Assembly (NCBI RefSeq): GCF_018977255.1
Contig: NW_024704743.1
Span: 109,804,001-109,868,000 of the forward strand
DNA from: Callorhinchus milii
Taxonomy: Eukaryota
Length of the DNA: 64,000 nt
Direction: 5' to 3'
Positions within the stretch are counted from its first letter, which is position 1. Every line of letters begins with the position of its first letter. Below, one piece after another: positions 54,486 to 64,000 of this stretch. The notes below the pieces were generated by a model. The model was given only the letters and a program-made list of their open reading frames with translations. It ran no database searches and was not told where the DNA came from. The translations under genes and the position numbers were made by a program.

Positions 54486-55867
54486 TCGAATTCAAGATCC
54501 TCATCCTCACCTACAAGGCCATTCACGGCCTTGCTCCCTCCTACCTCTCCAACCTACTATCCCCCTACCTACCTGCCCGTACCCTCCATTCCTCTGGCTC
54601 CAGTCTGCTCCACATCCCCCGCCCCAACCGCCCTACCATCGGTGGCCGGGCCTTCAGCCTCTCAGCCCCTAGGCTCTCGAACTCCATTCCCCAGTGCCTT
54701 CGCCTTGCCTCCTCCCTTTCCTCCTCCCTTTCCTCCTGTCCGACATCGAGTCCTGGACGAGAGACAACTTTCTTCAGCTCAACGTGTGAAAAACCGAGGC
54801 CCTCCTGATTGGCTCACGTCAGCGCCTCCGCACCTCAGGCGCTGACACCATCAGCATCCAAGGCTGCACTCTCCACCTCTCAAAGCCAGTCAGGAACCTC
54901 GGCGTTTTGTTCGACCCTGAGCTGTCCTTTCTCCCTCACATCCGCACCACAACTGGCACCGCCTTCCATCACCTCCGGAATATCGCCAGATTACGGCACT
55001 ACCTCACCCCTCACGCTGCTGAAACCCTGGTTCACGCCTTTGTCACCTCAAGGCTGGACTATGGGAACTCTCTCCTCGCCGGCCTTCCCGCCACCACCCT
55101 CCACAAGCTGCAGGTCATTCAGAACTCTGCAGCTCGTGTACTGTCCCGCACCAGGCTTCGGGACCACATCACTCCAACCCTCGCTCGCCTCCACTGGCTC
55201 CCCATCCCCCAGAGGATTGATTTCAAGATCCTCATCCTCACCTACAAGGCCATTCACGGCCTTGCTCCCTCCTACCTCTCCAACCTACTATCCCCCTACC
55301 TACCTGCCCGTACCCTCCGTTCCTCTGGCTCCGGTCTGCTCCACGTCCCCCGCCCCAACCGCCCTACTATCGGTGGTCGGGCCTTCAGCCTCTCAGCCCC
55401 GAGGCTCTGGAACTCCATCCCCCAGTGCCTTCGCCGCCTCCTCCCTTTCCTCCTTCAAGGCCGGTCTCAAAACCTTTCTCTTTGACCGTGCCTTCAGCTC
55501 CCCTCTCGACTCTCTTCCTCCTCCTCGCTCCCTCCCTTCCCTCCCCTCACCCTGACCATTTCCCCCCTGCTCGGGTCATGACCCAACTGTGCAGCGCCTT
55601 GGGACGTCCTCCTGACGTGAAAGGCGCTCTATAAATGGAATCTTGTTGTTGTTGTTGTTGTTCAAGGCCGGTCTCAAGACCTTTCTCTTTGACAGTGCCT
55701 TCAGCTCCCCTCTCGACTCTCTACCCCCTCCTCGCTCCCTCCCTTCCCTCCGCTCACTCTGACCATTTCCCCCCTGCTCGGGTCCTGACCCAACTGTACA
55801 GCGCCTTGGGATGTCCTCCCGACGTGAAAGGCGCTCTATAAATGGAATCGTGTTGTTGTTGTTGTTG
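54486..55867 (+). mobile_element. Young L2-in-L2 nest: host 54486-54733 plus 55661-55867, insert 54734-55660
   Basis: The host halves are contiguous in the reference copy (49268-49505 and 49506-49710). The insert equals about 48786-49710. Confidence 0.93.
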
Positions 55868-57320
55868 TCCAGTGAAAACAGGCCCATTTCCTCCAGTAGT
55901 CTTTGTTCATTGGTCAAAAGTAAAAATCTGATAAAGAGACATTCTTTCTTTGTTTTGTATTTTTTTAAAAAGATTTAATACATCCAATTATATTTCTGAT
56001 ATTACACCTAATCCCGGGCATAGGTCCACAGGGAATAGAATCAGAAATATAATTGAACGTATTAAATTTTTTTTTAAAAAAGCATAAAGAATGGCTCTTT
56101 ATCAGAATTTTACTTTTTGATCAGCTGGGTATCTAACACTTAAGAGTATCCAAACCAAAGTTAGATTTCCACATTTGTATGCCACATATGCATGAAAATT
56201 TCCCTGTGCCTGGAATGGGCACTGTCTCTACAGAAGGACGCACCCTGCTCATCTAAATCCAAAGTGTCATTCACTTCATGGCTGTTTGTGGGACACTGCT
56301 GTGTGCAAATTGGCTGCTATTCACAGTTAAATCCTGTTTAGTGCTTTGAGACGGCCTCCCGACATGAAAGGTACTTTATCAAATGCCAAGGTCATTACTA
56401 TTATTCTACAAACTTTTGTGCGAAAATGTAAAGCCGGTAAGTCACAGAGGAATTTTTGCAACTCTCTCAAGTTGACCTGTGCAGATGGGAAACTGAGACT
56501 GAGTATATACAAGAGCCAGCTGAAGCTCCTTTATTTATCAAGTCATTTTCTTCAACTGTTGTGTAGAGGAAAAGCCTCTTTCCCCCCCCTCGACTCTCTA
56601 CCCCCCCCCTCCTCCTCCTTGCTCCCTCCCTCCCCTCACCCTGGTGTTGCAGGGAAGTAGATGTACATACGTTCAGGAAGAGCTTTCTACAGCAGTTTGC
56701 AGAGAGATATAGTATGTGGTTCATTCTTATTCATAAATTAGCAGCATTAATGTGTATCCACAGCCAAAGTTGGGCTTTGTGCAAATACTAAGCCCTGCAG
56801 TAGGCTTGCAGCCAGTTTACGTTCAATGTAATCTACTCAACTCCCATTAAACTCCATGAGTCAAGGGAGAAGGACGGAGGGAAGGAAGAAGGGAGGGTGG
56901 AGCAAGGAGAGGTCTGGATTTAAGAATTTCCAGCAATACACATTGATTTTTCATTTAAGTCAATTTAACACATTGACAATAAAGGCAAACAGTCATTTTT
57001 CACACAGGAAAACACCTCAAAGTGCTTCACACAGGCACGGGTGGGAGCCCAAACAGGGAAGCAGTAGGGATTTAGAAGGGTTTAGAAAGCAGAGAGGGAG
57101 GGCAAATGCAGAGGAAGGAATTTAGGGAGAGAGCTTCAGAGAGCAGATGTAAATTGACTGAAAGCTTGTTTAAACAATTGCTATATTAGTGATTCCACTG
57201 GTAATGAACGTGAGGTAAAAGAAAAATGAAAATGGCTCCTTTAACTTAGTTTGATAATACTGACAAGCAATGGCACAATGATATACAATCTTTCATATAC
57301 TTTTTAGATTAAAAATATAA

Positions 57321-57543
57321 GGGGATCTAGATTTACTCTATTTATGTAGCATTTCAGAACATTGCAGAATTTGTCCATTTGTTGAATTGAGTCTTAACTT
57401 TGTCAGTTTTCTGTCAGTCTCCAAAGGAAACTTACAAAAAAGGCTTCTAAAATTAAGACTGAATTGAAGAATTTGACAATCTCTGGATGCTCTGAAGTAC
57501 TATATTGACAGAGTAAATTTAGACTTGGGTGGAATTTCTCCCC
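57321..57543. mobile_element. Harbinger/PIF (Tourist-like) MITE with TAA target-site duplication
   Basis: TAA-GGGGA...TCCCC-TAA with long imperfect terminal inverted repeats (tcta.atttactct...cagaaca/gcatc). Confidence 0.75.
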
Positions 57544-57844
57544 TAAAATGATATCTTGAATGTGTAAACTAGATTCAAACCTTTGTTGCCCAGATAGATT
57601 TTTTTTATCAGCCATGTGTCTGACACATGCAGAAACTTGTCACTGTACACGGGGGAAGAGGATATCAAAGGCAAGTCCATGTCTTGTCCTCACCCAAACT
57701 ATATATATATGCACCAAACAGCAACACCGTACCAGACATTCTGAGATGGTCCAAAGTGGTCCCAAGTAGATCAGGATTTTGTTTGTCCTGATATTGGGAT
57801 GGGAAGGGAGAATGTCCAGGCTTTTGAAGCAGAGCAAAGGAGAA

Positions 57845-58185
57845 AAATGGGGATAATCCCCTCCGTTAAGAGCTTTGAACTATCGCTAACTGTGTCTCAA
57901 AAGATATTCCAGGGAGGATCTCTGTGTGCAACACTCTTAATAGAATAGGATATTGAAAGCAAACATGGAACCAGGACAAACGGGCACTGGTTCAGGTTTG
58001 TGAAGGGCAGGTTTAGGGCAGGCACCAGGAAAAATCTCTTTACACAGAAGCCAATATCATGATGTTACTAGGTAGAACAATGGACTTGTTGAAGAAAGAG
58101 CTTGATGCTGTGATGGGAGGATTGGTAAGGTGTGCATCCTGGAAGGATGGGATCAAATGGGGCTTAAGGATCTTATGATCTTGTG
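57845..58185 (+). mobile_element. Old CR1 3' fragment
   Basis: RTNGHWFRFVKGRFR remnant and 3' UTR gggatcaaatggg. Confidence 0.7.
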
Positions 58186-59490
58186 CAATGGCCTTACAAG
58201 GAACGGAGGAACATAAGAAAATAAAAAATGCGTTGTGCAAAGAACAAAGAATGTAGCGGTAGAGGTCATGGGGGGAGAGGCGACTCATGACAGTTTGTGG
58301 GAATAAAAAACCTTTCCATAGTATCTCCAGAGCACTCAAAAATAATGCTATTTTTTTTCTCTCTCCTAAAGTGACATCGGGAGTCCAACAAAAATATTAT
58401 TCTGCGTGTTGGAGTAGCTGGAGTAGACAATGGAAGTACTGCTGGATATTCTGGGAAGTCTGGATAATAAGAATGCCTAATAACAATGTATGTTAAGGGG
58501 AGTCCCAGCAGGTTCTTATAAATGAGCTTCATTTGCACTGAGTTAAGAGGAAGAACAACCTTCAACATGGCAAAGTGCATAGAATATTAAAGAGACATCT
58601 GGAACACGATTCAAAAAATCTGCAAGTAATTCATTAACTTATCTCATCGTTAGCCAATTTTAAGCAACAACTGAGAACGCTGCTCCCTTCTCTTTGATCT
58701 TGCCGTGCCTGGAGGAAGGGGGAAGGCGGGAGAGAAGATAACAGGAAGAGAGGCGAGAATCAAAGGCTTGAAGCTCTCTGGAAAGTTGCTGCTGCCGAGC
58801 CAGATTAATTGATTGATTAATCCATTGCAACAGATCAATTAAAATTCATAAACGACAGAAAATTAAATAATTGATTAATCATCTGATAGTTAAGCTGCTA
58901 AAACGTTGATACGGCTTTCACTGGGGGGGCTGGGATTTATCCCACTCAGCTCCTGTTAACCCTGCAAGCCAAAACTCTAATAGGTGGGCAGTCCTACTAG
59001 GGGAAACTCCCATCCATTTACCAACAGTGTCACAGGATCTTTGATATGTGCCTAAAACACAGCCAGATGGGACCTGGATTTTTTAATGCGTTACCTAAAG
59101 AACGACATCGCCCTGACCCCCATTCTGGTCCTCTGGAGTACTAAGCTTTGTTCAGGAGCTCGAATCTGGAATCCAGAATCAAACAGACAATGACCCTACA
59201 CCTTTCTGACCCAAAGTCGAGACTGCTACCAAGTGACCTGAAAAAACAAAACAAGCAGTCTTAAATTTTAGGGTAATGGACTGAAGGCTAACACAATGAG
59301 AAATTTCAGGGCTCAGGAAGAAGGACCTAAGCTGAAATTCTCCCTCCTCTGGCCTGAGAGCAATTCCAGATGCTCTGCTGACATCGGAGAACTCAACACA
59401 AGTCTGGGATTGAACCTGCAATGTTCTGGATCTCTATAGCCCAGCTTCTTCCTGCACAGCAACAGCTAGGACAACTAAGCCTTGAAGAGA

Positions 59491-59800
59491 ATGACCAATT
59501 TTATCTGGGAGGACTGTTGACCAAGACACCAGGAGAAACTTCCTCTCTTTTTTGAACAGCGCCAAGTGAGATCTTGAATGTTAAAAGAGAAGGGAGTTTC
59601 TCACAACTTGCTGGCCAACAATTTTCCAAATAAAATTGGTCATTCACGTCACGGCTGTTTGTGGGGCATTGCTGTGTGCGAACTGGCAGCACATTTGCCT
59701 ACAAAATACACAGTCACTACACTTTACAGTAAATCCTGTGAAGCACTATGAAATGTCTTCCTTACATGAGAGGCACTGTACCAAATGTAAGGATTAATAT
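59491..59800. mobile_element. Two truncated Deu SINE pieces head-to-head (- then +)
   Basis: aatgaccaattttat...ataaaattggtcatt mirror each other. Confidence 0.8.
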
Positions 59801-61222
59801 CATTTACATAACAGAATCCTAAACCAGCAGGGTTTTACCTCTGCATTAATAAGACTGGGCTCAGAGTTTCTTACATAAGGACACAGGAAATAGACATTGT
59901 AGTTTGTCAAGCTGGCCTCCCTTTCAAAATACTACCTTTGAAGTGCTTCAGACATGCATCTCGAGAGGGATTTTATAAAACTGAACAGGGCCCCATTCTA
60001 TTCAACCGCAGTACTTGAAGTCTGTACATTCACCGCACAGTCCACTAGGGCTTAATTACTAAGATATACTTCTGAAAACCTAAAGATGTCCTCATGGGCA
60101 ATAATGTCAAAGTCAAATCCTCGCAAATTGCAAATCAAAGGCGTTCAAGGAAGGATTAGAGGCCGGGAAATTTTGAAGTATGTTCAGAGAGCAGGCGTAC
60201 CATAAGACCCTCGCTTAATGATGATTGAGTGGTTAAGAAGTGAAATTATAATCTGAACGAATGCTTCTCTGATCACAAGCAAACACATCTGAAAGCCCAC
60301 ACTGCGTCGCAGCAAGATACTTCTTTGCACACCGTGTCAGCACTTAAAGCTAAACTATGACATGGTGACACCTGACACTGATCCAGACATTAGAGCGAGC
60401 ATTTTTCAAGCACATTTAAAAAAAAATACTTGCATTTGACGTAGAGCCTTTCATATTGGAACAACATCTCAAAGTGCTTCATAGGATATGCTGTAAAGTG
60501 TACCCATTGTGTAACAGCATACCCATTGTGTACTTTGGAGGCAAACATGTCAAACAACCTCAACAGTTAACAGCAATTACTGTTAAATGTCATGGCTGCA
60601 TCTACTTTTTGGGGGTAGGCCAACATGGCAGCCAATCTGTGCACAACAAATGATCATACATAGACAAGCTAGAATCTATGTCTGTCGATATGCTCAAGAG
60701 GTGCACCCAGTGGGGTCATGGTTACAAGCTCAGAATGAAAGGCAACAGGAATAGGTCATTTGGATTTACAGTAAAACCAGTAAATTACTTTCAGATGTCA
60801 ATTTGATGTGAAAGGCATGATATTAAGTGCAAGGATTATTTTATTACTGTTGTTATTATTAAGAAGGTTTTGAAGAAGGAAAAGAAGGGGCATGGCAGAG
60901 GTGTCTAGGGAGAAAGCACCTCTCATCCTCATCTGAGAAAAGGGCACAGAGACTGAAGGCTCAGCCTCCCAGTGTGTGAAGGGGAAGAGAGAGAAAAAAA
61001 CAGAACAGAGATCGCGGCCAGCGGAGAGCACAGGTGGGAGAATATGACTGGGTGGGGGGGGAGGCAATTAAGGAATTTGAAGGACAGGTCAAAGACGATA
61101 AGTCAATTAGTATTATTTAATATTCTAATAATGTAATATATAATATTGTTATCAAACACTCTTGAGACACTACCCTGCATGGAGGGAGCTACATAAGCGC
61201 AAGTTGTTGTTGTATTGGGAGG

Positions 61223-61473
61223 ATGAGAGTAATAGGTGTCTGTAAGAAAGTTCTCTTAACAAAATAGTAAAAGCTACACGCTTAGTTTAGTCAATTCCCT
61301 CTCTCTTCAGCCCCCTCCTGCAGCCCACCTCACCATAACCTAGGTTAATGGGCAGAATAAATCTTGGGGATTGAATGGTATCAAGGCTTTCTTGTTTTTT
61401 AAAAAACAATGAGATCACAAAGTTCTCTTAACAAAGTTAAGAGAACTTTCTTACAGACACCTATTACTCTCAT
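61223..61473. repeat. Perfect 38-bp inverted repeat with an internal 17-bp direct repeat
   Basis: 61223-61260 is the exact reverse complement of 61436-61473, and aaagttctcttaacaaa occurs at 61247-61263 and 61419-61435. Confidence 0.97.
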
Positions 61474-62869
61474 ATCTTGCAGGAACCTTACACCCATTAT
61501 GGTGGTGTGAAGATCAAAGTGAAGTGTCAAGAGCGATGACATTTTAATTTAGCTCAGGCAAAGCTTAATGCCTAGTGAATGGAGCTTTAGTCCTATGACC
61601 CCCTAGACGAGAACATGTAATCTGTTGGAGCGCACAGCAGAGAGTTTTAATTTCATTCATTTTTATAACAGGGAAGAATGAAGGGGAAATGACATCAAGA
61701 GTGTGCCTGGATGGATGTGGCCGTTTATCGTCTGAAAATAATCCTGGAAATTCAGGGGATTGTCCCAGTGAACAATCAGGAGGAGCCAGCTGCAAGAGTA
61801 AGATGGCATCCAGTTTCCACAAGCGAACTGAAGGGGGACCTTTCTGTTGGGTATTAATGAGCTCCGGCACCATTAACACCCACTCTGTTGGGTGTATCAA
61901 TACCGCCACTGAATGCCATTCTCTTCTCGGAAAGTGTAAGGGGAAGAATGTTAGTGTGGTCTTCTTGGAGCTGAGCTGGTTCCACGTTGACGTACTTGGC
62001 AACGGAATATCAGAGTCAAGCCAATCATCTGGGGTGGTCCTGGCAGTCCAGTTCCTGAGTTAGGCAAGTCCACAGGACTCCAGAACACTTCTGACAACAG
62101 CCCAGCCAACCTGACTCAGCAGCAGGACATGGAGGGGCAGTCACTGGGAGCAGAGTTCTACCCACTCAAATCCTGTTAACCCTGAAAGCCAAAGCACTAT
62201 TGGGTATGGTGTTCCCAGCTGGTCAAGTCTCATAGTTGTTTGTGGAACCTTGCTTTGTGCAAATTGACTGCTGTTCTTCCCCACAAATACACAGTCACTA
62301 TACTTAACGGGAATTTGCTGCTTTGAGACTTAATGATGTTTCGGTGCTGTATCAAATACAATAATTATTTTTATTAATATCACATTTGAAAACTGAGGAT
62401 TTGGAGCTTTGATAAAGACCTCGTTTCAGCAACTTAATTATGGATTTCCTCGTTCATCTTACCTTAGTTAAACACTTTATTAAAAATTCTCTCTCTTTCA
62501 CGTTCCAACAAAACCTTCCTGTGACTCACAGAGCAAAAAATATCCCTACAATTATAAATAAAATCAAGTGGTACTTGCATTCCATCAAAGCTCCTTATTA
62601 GGTTGAAATTGCTTAAAAAGAAGCTATGGCTCAATGCTCTCTGCATGCAGTTACTTTGAAGTAGAGTGACTGCTGTTATTTAGGTGACACAAAGCTTAAA
62701 GTGATGGTGGGGGGGGGAACAAAAGGGGCAGCAATAATAATAATATCCCTTGCATTTGATATAGTGCCTTATCGCGTCTTCGGAGAGTGAATAGAGGAAA
62801 TATTAATTTGTGGTATTCAGTCCAATGAGTCCATGCGGTGTACATACACGATAAGAGTCCTCACTTCTA

Positions 62870-63160
62870 TTCCCTTCACTTACACCTTTCTATTCACTTC
62901 TCCCTCCACTAAGCATCAAGTTTCTGCTTAAATACATTGATGCTATTCGTTTGAACCACAATTTCTGGCATTCAATCTGCTACTAGCTAGCTTGTGTTTA
63001 TGTCCTCGCATTCTGGACTCATCAACAAGTGGAAACAGCCTATCAACATCCTCCCTATCAAATAATTTCACAATGTTAAACACCTCTGTCAGGTCCCCTC
63101 TCAATCATCTCAACTCTAGAGAAAAAAGCTCCAAGCTGTCAAGTCTTTCTTGGTAACTGT
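62870..63160 (-). mobile_element. Old CR1 3' fragment
   Basis: Reverse strand reads LDSLELFSLELR.LRGDLTEVFNIV...RLFPLVDESRMRGH. Confidence 0.8.
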
Positions 63161-64000
63161 GTTGAAGAAGGGGTCGGATTGTGGTAATTATCGGGATATT
63201 TAGTGCGGTTTCTCCAGCCTTTAAAGCCTTGCACAACATGGAATAATTGCAGAAATCATTACAGGCACCTGCAAGTCATTGCAGCTCGAAGGCAGTCATT
63301 AGGAAGGGGCCTTTTCAAACCCCACTTCCACTTTGTGCAACTCATTTACATGCAATGTGCCAATGCAGTCCACAGCTTCCTAAAGAAGGAACTTTACCCT
63401 AAAACCTAAACGTCTCTGCGAGAGATTTAACCATGTATTTCAATCCTTCGTGTGAAGCGCAACCTGGAGGTGCTACAGCTCTTTAATGATAACTTAGCAA
63501 ATTGTGTTTTGTAAAAAAAAGACCATAAAACGAGAAGATTAAAGAGCAGGTACGGTGGTGTAATTGGATTAAGGGGATTTAATAAATTTAAAATGTAAAT
63601 GTAAATTAGCTACAGGGAAAGATCATTACTGATTAATACACAGACATTTGCATACTCCTGTATTTGATTTGGTAATAGATGTATGACTTTTCTTTTGCTA
63701 AGTGAAACTGATGAAAATTCTGAATTGGTTTTGAGTTTACCGACCATAATATTAACATGAATGTGTTTCTCCTAATGCCCCAGTCAACAATCCTCCTCCT
63801 CCAACCAGATAAAAGTGGTTATTTACTTCATGGCTATTTGTGGAACATTGCTGTATGCAAATTGGCTGCTACGTTCACTATAATAGTCACTGGACTTTGC
63901 AGTGAATCCTCAGAGGTCCTTTGAGACTTTCCGTCGATTTGCACTTTGCTGGGCATTCGATGTCCATAATCCATCCCACTATCTACACCAGGATAGGTGT

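Noticed and set aside
25161..55841. Repeated near-identical peptides ([16 protein letters not shown]...) suggesting a gene family or array
   Set aside because: They are alternative frames of dispersed L2 3' fragments.
61565..62063. Overlapping 145-aa and 124-aa ORFs
   Set aside because: No recognisable domain, transposase, Myb or retroviral motif; the length is compatible with chance.

Overview
Repeat-rich vertebrate intronic DNA. The mix of L2 and CR1 LINEs with Deu-domain tRNA SINEs suggests a cartilaginous fish, possibly a holocephalan (inference). The only host coding sequence I can support is three minus-strand exons (31118-31041, 25000-24931, 288-198). All have canonical AG/GT boundaries and matching phases, and they join into a syntaxin Habc-type peptide recognisable as TSNARE1. 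The rest is intron: a near full-length, apparently ORF1-less L2 (46162-49710), many L2 3' fragments (including L2-in-L2 nests), CR1 fragments, at least two tRNA-headed SINE families sharing an L2-type 3' stem-loop, a TAA-flanked Harbinger-like MITE and unclassified repeats. There are also several striking local palindromes and homeobox-motif-dense unique tracts. No prokaryote-style system (CRISPR, operon) is present. Family names come from memory of consensus sequences, not from a database search, and the boundaries of old repeats are approximate.
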